A DNA stretch of 61,845 bases, the filler included, from Basidiobolus ranarum (Eukaryota), in NCBI GenBank assembly GCA_040143965.1. It is 14 parts of 14 records of this genome, joined end to end, with 100 filler letters (N's around TTAATTAATTAA, not from the genome) between each part and the next. Parts side by side here need not be neighbours in the genome. Positions count along the whole stretch, not along the records: positions 8,864 to 13,193 come from JASJQH010002006.1; positions 13,294 to 17,622 come from JASJQH010002007.1; positions 17,723 to 22,050 come from JASJQH010002008.1; positions 22,151 to 26,477 come from JASJQH010002009.1; 10 more parts are not named here. One strand, written 5' to 3'. Below are positions 11,348-25,005 of this stretch, one piece after another; position 1 is the stretch's first letter; the number at the start of each line of letters is the position of its first letter. Made by a program: the position numbers and the translations under genes. Under the pieces are notes generated by a model that searched no databases, was not told the DNA's origin, and worked only from the letters and a program-made list of their open reading frames with translations.

Positions 11348-13306
11348 CTCCGTACACCAACGAAAGAAGGACTTACGTTAATACTTAAACAATTCCCACT
11401 ATCATGATAGGAATTCTCTTATTCAAATTGGTTTTAGTCACGTCAACCAAAGAATCTAATTGCTTAAAATCATATGTTTAATGAAACACTTCAACTATAA
11501 TATGGCTATTAAACACCAATTCTCCCATCAATCTATATGCCCATGGTCTAAAAATCGCTATTTTCAGAAATCCCATATTTCAGTTAAATTTAAGCTATAA
11601 TACAGGTAAAGGAGATGAATAATGATAACTGACGTAAATCATTGTTGCATGAAATAACTGTACAATGCTAAAGAGAGTGGTCAAGAACTCAGTTTCTTTG
11701 TCCAACACACGCACCAATAAGCATGGAAAGTTCTTCAGGCCTGTTGAGGGATTGTTTACTGAAATAGCCACTAAACCCTAGGACACGTCAAGGCGTCACC
11801 TACCAAGTTTACCTTTTCAACGCATATTTTTAGCCTTATGAGCGGTGTTCAAGCAGCAGGGGAGGATATTTTCCTAATCTCTATGATATTAATTTAGGAA
11901 GAGGGTGCCACTTTTCATATTCTTAGAATACGGCGCCTAAACACGGATAGATGATCCACTTATGCTAGCTTAAGGTCTAGATCTACGAGCCATAAGCTCC
12001 AAGCGCACTACTAAAGAGCCCTATGATCCTAGCTAAGTTACGCATGCCACTCCCTCTGTTTGCTGCTGATTCCTCAATCAAAAGATTAAATATAGAAAAC
12101 ATCAAGTTTGAAAGATCACCACAAATAACTTTCGTGCAACAGCTGTGCTCCATGAAACTGTGCCAGAATCAATTAACTAGTACCAATAAACCATGAGCCA
12201 CTTTGTCGTTGGTGCGCAAGTCAAATCGTATAGAGAACTTGGCAGAAATAGATGGCGTACAAATCAGCCATCGTCTTGACTTGATGATTAGTATGGCGAA
12301 TGTCCCGTTTATCTAAAGAAACCCTATAGCAATCAAACTACAAGCTCTGGAACATCTCTAAAATGCAGTGATGCGCAAATGATCATCAATTCGTTGAATC
12401 TCTTGCCTTTCAGGCTAGAACATCTATTGTTGAGGCCGCCGATGGCAAACAAATCAAGCTTATTTATCCATACTCGATCATTCGAGATGCCCCTCGATGG
12501 CTATAGTGTTGAAATACTTTCCAAGCAAACAACGAAGTAGCGGTCTAGCAAGAATTCCGAGGCCTTGCGCTAGACCACGTACATGTCATGCTTCTATGTG
12601 CAAGAAACCTTATTCCATCGTAGCTAGGAGGCCATTGTATGATCTAGTCACTGATGATCATCACATCATCAGCGTGGAGTAGCTGAGTGTGATGCATGTC
12701 AGTTGCTGGCTATGATTCAATCCCAATAGGAAAGAACAACTAGACCACCATTGTCGTGAAAGGTTCTCGTACCCGCAAAGGATGCAATTTAGAAATTTCA
12801 TCTTGCTTTTTTGGTATCACCGCTGAAATATCCATTTCAATTTTCGCCTATAATCAAAATGAAAATTTTCCTATGTTAGGTCTGACCAATCCGACATTCA
12901 CCATGTTTACTTTTAATATATTAAATGGGATAATAGTATTTCATCCCCATGTCTACCTTTTAATTGGCCAGTGCATTAGATTCATTCTCCTAGCCCCATC
13001 ATCTTCAAGGTGATTGTTTTTTTCTTCCCCAAGTAACGCTGCTCTATTATCAAGAGCCAACATTCTTGTTTCGTGACCGCTTGACCAAGGTACTCCATTC
13101 ACACCTTTTTCTTAATACACTTTCAGACATAATAAATAGAAAGCTCGCTAAAACATAGTCGTGTACGTAGTGTTGAGTGTCTCCTATTGAAATNNNNNNN
13201 NNNNNNNNNNNNNNNNNNNNNNNNNNNNNNNNNNNNNTTAATTAATTAANNNNNNNNNNNNNNNNNNNNNNNNNNNNNNNNNNNNNNNNNNNNCAATTCA
13301 ACTGAT

Positions 13307-14063
13307 ATGGCCATCAATCCTTCGCACACTGATAATAAGGTTCGCAGAGATTTTTTCCACTAATGCGTTACATTCATCAATCTAATTTCACGCTTTTGAA
13401 TATTAGCCTAGAGTATTTAGCCCTGTTGTTATCGTGCACAATAGTCAGTGTTTTGATCATAATGAGCAACACCGTAGCTATATCGGTGTTCATAAGGAGC
13501 GTATCGAGGAGATGCTCATTCACAACGCCAAGGAATGGACTGGTTTCCACTACGTAGCCGAGCCTATCCATTATGAAGCGGATAGGGAAAGCACAAGTTC
13601 TGAATCATCTCGCTCCAGTACTTCACTCTCTCCCTCCCCTATACATTTCGAGCTGCAATCTTCTTTGGAGGAAAGCCTCCATACTCTCGCAAAGCCAAAC
13701 CAAAAAAAACGTCGAGGCAACCTTCCAAAGCATGTCACCGCTATATTGAAGTCATGGTTGGCTCAACATGTTAAGCACCCATATCCTACCGAAGATGAGA
13801 AAATTGCTTTGGCAATGGAAACCAAACTTACAATGAATCAAATTAGCAACTGGTTTATCAATGCTCGTAGACGAATCCTGCAGCCTATGATTGAAAACGC
13901 TCAAGCCAGCGGTGAGCTCAGAAGACAAAGCTGTGATTTAGAAATGATTCAATTCTCTGGCGCAGAGACACCGGTGGAAGACAACACTTGTGGTAAACGC
14001 AGATATTCTTCGGCACCTTCTTCGAAGAAATCAACCACCTCTAAGAAACACAGGGGATTCTAG
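13307..14063 (+). CDS. TALE-class (TGIF/Cup9-like, KN) homeodomain transcription factor (possibly 5' partial)
   Basis: KKRRGNLPK...[14 protein letters not shown]...[18 protein letters not shown] (PYP insertion). Exon 13307-13339, intron 13340-13406, in frame. Confidence 0.92.
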
Positions 14064-17000
14064 ATAACAATGCAACTGATACCGGTTCCATACACTCTAT
14101 ACCACCGCCTTCGAACATTCTTTACATTTTTTTGTGGACTATAGTACTATTACATTGATTTTATTTCGCTTCATACTTTTTATACCACCTCCAGAGATGT
14201 TCATATCTTTGATGTATGTTGTCACCTTTGGAATTTTTATCTTTACTTGTTGATATTTCCTTTTCCCCCTTTTCTGTTATTCTATTTCACTTAATTGCAA
14301 ACAGTTTACATCCCAATTTCTTATAATACTGTATTTTAATAGTGTGTTAGTCATTACATCGTTTCACAGTACCAGGGTCACTCTATATTCACACCATGAC
14401 TTGGATGGTCTCCATTAAACGGCTCTCAACCATTTTGTCACATCCTATTTGAATCACTTTTGACGATTATCTGATTTTCTTTCCTGACCCAGCTATAGAG
14501 AAATCGACGCCTGATCTCCCCATTATGAGGATGTTCTTATCTGACTTGTAAATAGGCATTTTCTAGGACTGGTTACTTTACCATTTGGCCTAATGCGCAA
14601 TACTGCGGATACTGAAGTAAATTGATTGCAAGTTCCAAGAACAGTTGTCATGCATCTCATTGTTCGATGATATTAATATGGTTTGGAAAGGAAATCAAGT
14701 AAATGAAATGCAAGATCTATTCTGTCAGTTGGGATGCGCTCTTGTTACGAATGAATGAAAGATCACTTAACCGTAACCCTAGCCCTATTTCCCATCCACC
14801 CATACACAATGGTGATTTCGGTCTGAGGATTGCATTGTACTGGCTCTTTCGCCCTTCGTAATAAACCGTCAAATGCCGTTTAGGATCGAGTTTGATGCAA
14901 CTCCAAATCAGCTCATAGACGGCCTTCTGAATTGAACACGAAAGGGAAGGATGCACTCTAAGGAGAAAATGCGGGGATTGTTAGAACCTTGATTTTGCTT
15001 TGAAGGAGACCTGCTTCAACCTCCTCCCTCTCCACATTATAGATTGAAGATGGATAGGGAAGGAGCAACTCAGAAATCAGTGTGGTGGGCTCAGAGTGGG
15101 ACATTTGATAGTTGAAGCAACGTAAGTGTTGACGGGTGTCATATGGGAGCTTTACGAGTCAATAATGACTGAATTCAATATTGATCTGGTTGTCAAAAGG
15201 CAACGATGAATGAGCATAGCAACTGATAAATTCTCGAACCAGGAAAAGATCGGCTGTTCTGGAAAGTGTCTGTGGTGAAAGGAGGCACCATTTCTTTGAC
15301 CATGATGGCTGGTCTCGAATCCCAACTTGGTAGTATTTTAATTCAATCACCTCTTAGTGTATATTAACAGGTCCAGGACGATATCGCCTGGTGAAACCAA
15401 ACGTATTGACAGCTATAAGATTAGGTTGGCAAAGTTTCATAAGCAAGTGATTTTAGAATAGCAGGTTCGTTTAAAATCCATGAGAAATCCATGAATTCTC
15501 GCAAATGGTTTCACCTCCCTAATGGCTATGGTTGGCGTTATGATTTGACTCGATTGAGTCGGTGTTACATGTGAAATTGAGAATGGAGACTGGACTGTTG
15601 TGTCAAACCCATTCACTTGTGACTTTTCTGTCCATAGGGCCTAGTCAGTCAAGTGCGGTATGAAACCAACTTGAAATGCGGATATTGCGAGCAATCTCCA
15701 AGGATGCGTCAAACCTGGACTGTTAAATTGTACGAGCATCATTAATAACTTCAAGATGAATACGAAATCAGCTCCATGTAACTTGAATGCCTTACATAAC
15801 TATATCTGATATGACTGATAAGAGATAAGGCAATGCCGCTCATTTTTTTCTTTTTCATTCCGAAGCTTTCCGAGATGGAGGTAGCTAACAGTTGGTTGAT
15901 GGGTGACGGGAACGGGGACAATGACAGTGCAGATGGTTGATGGATGGATGACAGAGCTCGTGACACCGATTCTACGCTCAATATCACATGAGCGCTTCAT
16001 CTCCAGTTTTCAAAAATTCCCATAAACAAAGCATGGTCCACTCATGGATTCCTGAGACAGATTCGCACAGGCAGGTGACAAGTCTGCGTTTCTGTTTTCA
16101 CTGCCCCCTAAAGAGCGTTCTTCCAATTGCCATATGGGGAGGGTTAAGGTAATAGCTTATACACGCATTAGCTACCATGCTACATATTTCTAGCTCGCCT
16201 GCATGGAGTAATTAGTAGATATATTAGATGGGTTCATTTTCTTTAATCTGAACTAAGGGCTCTGCGGATTAACATTAAGCAAAACAATTTCATGCTCAGA
16301 CAAGTTTCTCAAATGCTCATCGCTATTCTCAGTCCCACCTATCAAATCTAAAACGAAAGTAGTGACAATCTTTCACCATTTAAATTAGTCTCTCCTACTC
16401 TTTAATGTGGGATATTCTATAGGAGATCATTGGTCTCCTCTTTATTCTTATTCAGAACAATTCTTTCATCCATATGTAACTCAATTTCAGGTGCTCAAAT
16501 GATAGACTTGCACTCAGTTGGATTTACAATTGTAAGCAAATGGCCAGTGCTTTAATTTATGATCCTTTAATACTTGTAAAGTTGTCAGTGAAGGTAAATG
16601 GCTAGATATGCTTGGGCATCACTACGACATGGTATCATTGAGTTCCTCTCTGAAAATGTACACAATACTACTCTCTTTGTTTTTTCTCAAGTCCAATAGT
16701 ATATGGCTAGTAATGTAAAGTACTACTAGAGTCAGACAATATTATCAAATAACTAGCAGAAAATTGTCAATCTTATCTAAACATTACTTCGATAAGAGTA
16801 CCAGCAATATATGATAGCAATGCAGTAGCATAATTTAACCATATGCTGCAGCAGTGATTCTAATGCAGTGAATGATTTATATTTAACCTTAGGCAGATTT
16901 GAAGTATGAGTTGAAAATTTCATTGATATTTATTCTTACCCTTATATCTGCCCCCTACCTGGGAAGCTTCAGCTATTGTTACTGTTGCACATATTTAGAA

Positions 17001-17475
17001 TTATATGCAAATCTTATGATGGTTTTAAATTTAGTGATTTGCACTTCAAGTTTTATTGATAAGTACTTGTGTCAATATTAGAGATGAAATATAATTCCAA
17101 TAGGTCTGTTTCTTGGATGTTATGGATGTTTAGGAAAGCACTTTAGGAGCTTTGAACCAGTTTGAAAATTTCGCCCTCATCAACTAAGGTATTATGTTGC
17201 TACAAACTCAAGTAACTTTTTTAAGTAGAGCAGATATCAAGTGATAAGGCTTGTAGATATATTAAGGTCTATTTGAGGCATAAATCAATACATGTCTAAC
17301 CTACGTTACTCATCATGAAATATCATCCTGCTGTAAACCAAAATATTTCTCTTAAATATTGAATTTATTCCCTTTGTTTGTGCCAGGCGGAGTTTATCAA
17401 TAATGTTTGCAACTCGATTTGACAGTATTCTGAACCTATGATTGCATTCAGCTTGTAACAATTTCACCTTAGTAC

Positions 17476-17622
17476 TGTTAAAGTATTTGGGAGCCTGTTG
17501 GAAGTGGTTTGGAGAATTAGAGGAATTAGTGGTTTTCACTTATTGATTTATTGAGTATTCAGTTGACATTTATAGTTTTGTCAAGATGTAAACAGACTAA
17601 CATGTAGAATGTGTTAAGGAAG
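17476..17622 (-). mobile_element. 3' end of LTR-1 (Copia LTR), cut by contig end
   Basis: Near-identical reverse complement of the 3' part of the LTR at 36193-36539, ending ...TTTAACA. Confidence 0.88.
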
Positions 17623-17763
17623 NNNNNNNNNNNNNNNNNNNNNNNNNNNNNNNNNNNNNNNNNNNNTTAATTAATTAANNNNNNNNNNNNNNNNNNNNNN
17701 NNNNNNNNNNNNNNNNNNNNNNTGTTTTTCAATATTGACACTAAATGTGCTTCTTTTTTATAG

Positions 17764-18329
17764 CGTGGCAATACTGTTGACATTCAATGGGCGATTCTCA
17801 TTGCAATTGCTGTCCTATTTGGCTCGTGTCTACTCGTCTTGACGGGATATCACACGAAGTTGATTTTCAAGAACGAAACCACCATCGAGAATTTGCAACA
17901 TAATAGGCGTCACGAGGGAACAGAAAAGAGAAAAAACATCTATGATCTCGGTTGGGCCAATAACTGGAAAATCATCATGGGGGAAGACTGGTGGCTCTGG
18001 TTTGGTAAGCTTGTTTATTTTTTTGTAGAGCAATTAAAACACCGCAATTCTAACACTACTGCGTCTCTCTGCTTCTATAGTGCCGTACGTGAATAGGTAT
18101 CTTCCTTTGCTTTCTGCCTAATTAATTGATGTTAGATTTCTAATCAATTCTTGAAACTTTTAGTATTGGAAATGGACATAGCTTTCGTACTTCTGAAAAT
18201 GGAAGGCAAGGTGACGGAACTACCGACATGTGCCGATTAAATAGAAACAACGCTGTATTAGACTCTCGATATGATATGGAACTCCCGCCCATACCTCGGT
18301 TCGAGCCATTAGAGCCAGTGTCTCCATGA
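17764..18329 (+). CDS. DHHC palmitoyltransferase (Pfa3/zDHHC2-like), C-terminal exons
   Basis: Last TM helix, TTxE motif (NETTIE), NIYDLGWANNWKIIMG..WWLWFVP, GNGHSF. Exons 17764-18004, 18081-18096, 18164-18329. Confidence 0.85.
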
Positions 18330-19136
18330 GTGTCTTGTCGATATTACTTTCTTGGAAATCGGCATTTCTTTATCTCGTTTTCTTCCTTTTGAATAAGCCT
18401 GTTTTGCTATTCACATTTCCCGAATGACAGTTCGAGATGTTGTGAATATGACTCGTATTTTTTTGTGCTTGTCACTACTTAGCTAGGTGAATTGATTGGT
18501 CGAGACCACTCACTATGGATCGTAGAATTTTCACTGGTACTTGAAGGGAACAAAACCGTTTAGCTCTTGGCATATCTTTGAAGAAAGTCACCCTTGTTCA
18601 TCCGAGTGATAAATGCTTCCAATCATTAATGGTAAACAACGCTACGGCTACCATTTATCTACATTCTTCAAGCATTATCATAATATTGAATATTCAAGTG
18701 TGAACACTGAACTCGTAATATATATCACCCAACCTGTATAATAAATTTGGTAGACTCTTGATTTATTCTTGCAATAAACACTCTTCTATAATAGAAACTA
18801 TGACACCTATCGAGGGCTGCTACATTCGATTTAATTCACCATGTGGTTTGGTCTAACGCTTTGGCATGGAAGCTACTCTCCTGTACATGTAAATCCGAAT
18901 AATTCGGTTTAGCTACGCATGAAGATAGAACCCTGAAGCATGTAATGATAAAATGGCACCTTGCTAACTTGAACTTAAAATACAACCGCTTTATTACATG
19001 GACATTCATCCCTGTTAATTCTTTTTCTTCCATTGGAATTTGTTGCAAAAAGCTAAACATTCAAACGAACTAGTAAATATTCGTACTGAAAATTCACAGA
19101 AGTACTCTGGGAATCTACTGCACCAAAGTAACCCCT

Positions 19137-20112
19137 CTACAAGTATGCTAGAACGTAATAAGCATCTTTGGTGGTCTTTTCTTTGCCGCCATAACCAAAG
19201 CACATCCCTCCTTTGAGATGAGTTCCAACTTTACCAATGTGCTCACCTCCATCGTAACGAGTTTTCGCTACGAAAAGGGGTTTCCCATCATTTTCATGGC
19301 CAGCTTCAATGGGTTTCCAGTTATCTGGGTTACAAGTACCATGACATTCGACCCAACGTAATTGGCGAGCATCACCACAGAGTACATAATAATCCTTTAA
19401 ACTGATCTCTTTACCACCAAATCCGATAGCAATCCCTTTAAGATGTGGAGCAGCTTTACCGATATGTAAACCACCTTGATAAAATTGTCTATTTACAATT
19501 AAGTAATTAATACTCAAAATAACTGAAAATTTCCGTCAATACAGACAAATAGATATAGCCATTAAAATACTAACCTAGCAATGAACAGTGGTTTTCCGTC
19601 CGTTTCAACACCGCCTTGAACGGCATTAGGAGGTATGGAACTATAAGCAACCATTCATTTAGTAAATGTCCAAAACCCCGATGGGGTTATAATATGATAT
19701 ACCGTGATGTACTTTACCCTCCAGAAGCATAAACCCAGTCTAAAGCTGGATGCTGAGGATTTCCGCTAGGTTTAGGTGGACAGACGGCGACACCAGGTGG
19801 AGGACCACCGCTTTGGCCGTATGAACCACCTTGAGGAGGGGCACCACCAGGAGGACCATATGAACCGCCCTGAGGAGGATGAGCACCACTAGGAGGGCCG
19901 TATGAACTACTTGTTTGAGAACTGCCGTATGGTGCACTAGCACCTTGTTGCTGTTGTTGGGGTGGGTTACCTTGAAAGTTGAAGCCACCAGGGAAATTGG
20001 AATGACCACCTTGGTTTTGTTGAGGTCCTCCTTGATTTTGTTGAGGGCCACCTTGAGGAGGTGGAGGATAACCTTGAGAGGGGTAACCTTGGTTGGGAGG
20101 GTAACCAGACAT
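19137..20112 (-). CDS. DM9-repeat (DUF3421) protein with Gly/Pro/Gln-rich N-terminus
   Basis: Exons 20112-19718, 19640-19575, 19488-19137. Two repeats: WV..SGGSIPPNAVQGG.ETDGKPLFIAR..YQGGLHIGK..IGFGGKE..YYVL and WV..EAGHENDGKPLFVAK..GGEHIGK..FGYGGKE..YYVL. Confidence 0.9.
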
Positions 20113-21022
20113 GATATTACTGAAAGATTTGGAAGAGGTAGTAGCTAGTGCTTTAATCCTTTATAACAACACGTAGGCTAAGCCTGATCGAGATTAGCTT
20201 TCACAATAGTGTGGTTCATTCCCATGTATCCTGAAATGACGTAGATTAAATATCGAACATACTCACCGGCTTCGTAAATACTATTTAGAAAACTAGGATT
20301 CCGATATTATTACGTCATATGGTATATATATCACAGTAGGTGACATATTCAAGAGACTTGCAGTAATTTATAAACTGAATTGGATGTTGGCTCAAAACGA
20401 AGTGATGGCAAAAAGAAACCAATGAAACAATGATCAGGTGAGCTCTGGATAAGCACCTCATTAAACAACCCTCTGGTGCTGGTCATAATTGAGGATTAGT
20501 CAAGAGTATAGTGAGACTATGCGTTCCAATGATGAGCTCTTAGATGATCACTTTTCTCGCGCTCTGTAGCCTTCACAAAGTCGGAGTAGATCTTTCTATC
20601 GTGAGGTGAGTGTGATAGGTACATACCATCATTCAATGCTCTGGCAGAGCTATTAATGAAAACCTCAATGCATGCAGCTAGAAATAACCATATCCTAGAT
20701 CTGGCATTAACAATAGTGGCTCGACACGTTGCTTTGATTGTGCGAATCTGTGGCAGTGGTCGCCATCGATGATATCTCGCCAATTGAAAGGGCGATAGAT
20801 AAGTGGCGGCGAGACTGATGTGGTATATAGGCTCCCAAGCTCTGCTCAGCTATCCCGCGTAAGATTTTACCGGCTTGTTTAGATTTCATCGCAAAAACGT
20901 CATGTCAGGACGATCTTGCTGATTGGTTGAAATCTCGAATTCTATCTTTAGCTATAAAAGTAAAGTTGCGTCGCACTGACTCTCGTGCAATTCTGACACT
21001 CTTCTCTTATTAATCTATCGCA

Positions 21023-21528
21023 ATGGGTGTTACTCGTGAAGTTATCAAAGCCGGTGATGGCAAAACATTCCCCAAGAAGGTACCAAACGGTTGATTCTCG
21101 GTGAAGTTATGATATTAATTCTTTTATTTTTCTCAGGGAGACCAAGTAACCATCCATTATGTTGGCACAGTAAGTTTCTTTTATTTGATTCCTTGCCAAG
21201 ACACCATCTAACCCAATATTATTAGCTTGAAAGTGGTAAAGTCTTTGATTCTTCTCGTGACCGTGGTAAGCCTTTCAGCTGCAGAATTGGTGTCGGTCAG
21301 GTGATCCGTGGTTGGGAAGAAGGTATGTCAACATTAGATTGATACTTGTGGCAATTCCGTAAATATTCCTAACTTTATATGTTCAAAGGTGTCCCTCAAA
21401 TGTCCGTTGGTGAAGTATCTAAGCTTACTATCACCGGTGATTATGCTTATGGTGAACGTGGTTACCCTGGCTTGATCCCACCCAATGCCACTTTGTTGTT
21501 CGAAGTTGAATTGCTTGGCGTAAATTAA
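21023..21528 (+). CDS. FPR1: FKBP12 peptidyl-prolyl cis-trans isomerase
   Basis: Four exons (21023-21079, 21137-21169, 21226-21322, 21389-21528): [44 protein letters not shown]...VIRGWEEG...[25 protein letters not shown]. Absent from the ORF track because of introns. Confidence 0.97.
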
Positions 21529-22150
21529 ATAACCCACTTTCACAATTCCAAATAAATATACGAGTTACGAATAGTAGCGCTACTATGACTTTGCTTTGTC
21601 AGTTGTGTGTATGTTGTGTCTTCATCAAAAAAAAAGGATCTAAAATTTTGCAATATTTATCAACCAATATACATGCACAATATCTCCCAAATTTTCTAGA
21701 TTCTTCCTGAGCCATGAAAAGCAACTTACGAAAGAGCATTCTGTTGTATACAGTGTTTTAGCCTAAAATGAGACAATTTAAAAAAAATTAGACGCTTCAT
21801 AAAATATATGGGACGATTGCAAAGAAACCTTGAGACGAGTGAATGTAAAAAAAATAGACAGTGTAATTTTTTTTGTAGACGAAGCGCATTAATGTTCAAA
21901 GACTTACACTGTATCTTGAATTAGTGTAGCGGTAACTACAGGATGGGTTGGTTTTTTAGTGGGTCGACTACTACTAGCTAATGAGACCCCCTTTCTTTTA
22001 GAGCTTGTGGAGGGAGCTGCCTTCAGTCTGCAAAATCGCTCTGGTCTTTTNNNNNNNNNNNNNNNNNNNNNNNNNNNNNNNNNNNNNNNNNNNNTTAATT
22101 AATTAANNNNNNNNNNNNNNNNNNNNNNNNNNNNNNNNNNNNNNNNNNNN

Positions 22151-22426
22151 GGGATTTTGAAGGTGACAAATTAGCATTCAAGTGGTAATTGTGTAAAATT
22201 TGAGTTATGTTTTTTGCACATGTGTTGATCCATAGTTCTCTGAGATTTTAGCCAATCATGCGCAACTATTTTGCAAGATCTTGAAATTTCACTCCTGAAA
22301 CTGAAAAAATTGATTAAAATCAAATCTAACTTGACAATTTTATGATAGTAAGTAAGCAGTCAATCCCAAATGGATTAAAATTGTGATGGTTTTCCTACAA
22401 TAACAATCCTCAAATTTCTGTTAGGG
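22151..22426 (+). mobile_element. CMC/CACTA-type DNA transposon terminus (ORF2 side)
   Basis: Matches 46261-46535. Homology stops at ...AAATTTCTGTTAGGG. Confidence 0.85.
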
Positions 22427-22451
22427 TTACCCTTACCAGAACATCTATATC

Positions 22452-22648
22452 TTGGAATTTACTTGAATATTTTTTCCCAATTAGAAGTTCTCAGATATAG
22501 AGATTTTTCAAACTTGTACTAGAGGTCCCAGACTTAGCACATAGGTTCCTGGGACTTTCCTTGGTACATTCCACATGTTTGGCTGTTTGCATCATGACAA
22601 AACAATAAATGTCAACTTTCTGCTCAATGAATTAATAAGTCAAAACCA
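22452..22648 (+). mobile_element. Internal fragment of LTR-1
   Basis: TTAGAAGTTCTCAGATATA...GTTCCTGGGAC...ATGTCAACTTTCT aligns with 36290-36485. Confidence 0.7.
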
Positions 22649-22831
22649 TTGAATGGCAAAAGTAAAGAGCACAGTGATGGCAATTAACTTTATTCTCTCT
22701 CAGTCAAGTGATTTCAATGTCAACCTAACAATAAGAATAGTTTGGTGTAGTTAGGTATCTTGATAAATATTTTTCTGGTATAAATGATTAGAAAAGTCAA
22801 TTAAGCAATGCATGAGAAGATTGTTTTTTGT

Positions 22832-22875
22832 TATGGTTGCTATTTCATTGATATGGTTGCTATTTCATTGATATG
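22832..22875. repeat. 2 x 20-bp tandem duplication
   Basis: TATGGTTGCTATTTCATTGA occurs twice, downstream of the GDSL stop codon. Confidence 0.85.
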
Positions 22876-22920
22876 TTTGCATCGCATACTTTGTCGATTC
22901 ATTTTGAAAGTCTTGAACAA

Positions 22921-23841
22921 CTAATTGAATAAAGCTCCTATGCGTTTTGCCATCATCTTATGAGTAGAAGTGATTGGATGGACCTGATCCCAAAACACTT
23001 TCTTCTTGGGGTGATTGCATATTACGGGAGGATTATTTGGTATGATTGTGACACAGCCTACTTGTGGATCTTCATAATGCGGATCAGCCAGCTCCTGCTC
23101 AAATAATGCATTCATATCAAATACTTTGACATCCACCTTAAAGTTCTCTTGAAGTAACTCGTTTAAGAGCTGATTATGCTTGATGCGACTTGCCTTGATT
23201 CTATCTCCAATTGTAGCGTTTGCTTGAACATTACTGGGTAAGTGATCGAATGCTGCGTTGAAAAATACAAAGTGTTCGCCAGAAAATGGTGGCTCAAGTA
23301 GTACTTTAGATGTTTCGTAGGTGTTTGTAGCCACTGACTGTGGTGAGGGGATGGGTACTCCCTGCGAGTAATCATTTCCTGCCGGTGCAACTACATACAA
23401 AGTGGTCCTAGGATCTAACTTCTCTCGAGCAAGGAAGCTTTGATGGGTCACAATTTGATCAGCGATGCTAGGCACCGGAACTTTGTTAGCATGACCTTGA
23501 ATAACCTTGTTGTTGACTTAGAAATGAATTAGATGTCTACTTGGAGTTAGGACTTTAGTATGTAACCACTTACTTGTGGCTCCTCCGTAGGCATAATTTA
23601 GTACCCTCCAATGGGTGGTTTTTTGAAGGTATTCGGGCCATACTGGACCATTGGAAGAACGACCTTTATAACAATATGGGGGTGGACTGGTTTGGTTTGT
23701 GAGCTTATACACGTTACCAGTGTCGCTGTATGAGTCTCCGAATATAACCATTGTCTTGATGCCATACTTGCCACCTCCGTAGGGGGCTCCATAAACCAAG
23801 GATATAGACACAAGTAGGCTGGCGAATTTGTAGAGGCTCAT
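22921..23841 (-). CDS. Secreted GDSL/SGNH hydrolase (lipase/acetylesterase, CE16-like)
   Basis: Signal peptide MSLYKFASLLVSISLVYGA. Blocks FGDSYSDTGN, GRSSNGPVW, NYAYGGAT, AGNDY, FWDQVHP. One intron 23573-23517. Confidence 0.92.
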
Positions 23842-24485
23842 GATGAAGAGATATGAGTACCCAACTGAGCCATTTATAATGAACATTCACGGAGGTTGAA
23901 GGCGTAACATTTTCATTGAAGAGTACAAGTGTAAAACAGGTTAAATCCTGACTCAGATCACAAAGGTTATCCAAACCCTATTGAGAACCACATATAGTCT
24001 AATAATCAGCCATTTTAGTCATAAACCACAAAATTGAGCGATCATTTCCACACCTTATTAACGTTGTTCATCTCGGTTAGTAAGTTAGTCACTTGTTGGT
24101 CAACACTCCCCCATTCAGCAAACATCTGATTTCTTCATCTTTTGCGCATTTCTGCTTGACGATGGGGACTTGAAATAGTGCTTTGTTTTGGCAACTAACC
24201 CTAACCCAATCCGAAGCTTAGCAATCAGAAGCTAAATTACTTTGATAAGGCAAGAGTTATACTCCATAACCCTAAACTCACTCGTGCTCAGAGAGTAGGA
24301 TGAGGTCACGTGTGCGACCGCAATTAAATTTGTATCTGTGTGTGTCATCTATGTAACATGACTTCAAATTTTTGTAGAGAAACTCAAGCTATTTGATTAT
24401 GCTGTTATGTTAACAACCCTACCCTTGCTTGCATTGGGGAGAGCGGTTTCCACTGATTATCAGACCCCAGAGACTTAAAGCTAAG

Positions 24486-24555
24486 CTCAACAATGCCAAA
24501 GCTCAAATACACAAAAATGACTCAATAATGCCAAAGCTCAAATACACAAAAATGA
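24486..24555. repeat. 2 x 35-bp tandem duplication
   Basis: CTCAA(C/T)AATGCCAAAGCTCAAATACACAAAAATGA occurs twice in the GDSL/trypsin intergenic region. Confidence 0.9.
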
Positions 24556-25005
24556 TGGAAGTCACACAGAAAAAATAATTAATCGTAGTGACAGAATCAG
24601 TGATCCTTTAGAATGAATAAGACAGTTTGGAGATACTAAATTTATACATGATCAGCCAACCACAATAGCCTCTGATATCTTAGTTACGTAAAAGGCAGCT
24701 TGGGAGCCGATACATAAGCCGATTCCGGCTTTGATGAATGGGTACATTAGCAGTAGCCGATCTTCGATCGCAAAGATTGGATCCTGTCGGAAGTTAGTAT
24801 GAGACATGGTATCGCAAATAACCATTCGACGATTTGTTTCGTCTCAAAGGGTTAAGTGTTAAAATCTTCTTTAAATGGCAGATGTCTCCTTTCAGATCCA
24901 AGCATTTCTCTCAAGCTAATCACTTCCCTGTGGTGCATTACTGTAAATTATTTAGCTCGGTAAATGTGCATGCGTGGCAGGAAAACCACAGAAACGATAT
25001 AATAC

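Noticed and set aside
11348-13193. Short ORFs upstream of WDR91
   Set aside because: No recognisable protein features; probably intergenic or promoter DNA.
17306-17539. Two ORFs sharing MKTTNSSNSPNHFQQAPKYFN (also 36476)
   Set aside because: The shared peptide is the translated 3' end of LTR-1 running into unrelated flanks.
24195-24280. CTAACCCTAACCC / TAACCCTAA telomere-like motifs
   Set aside because: Only about two units and internal. Could be telobox-like promoter motifs, but support is insufficient.
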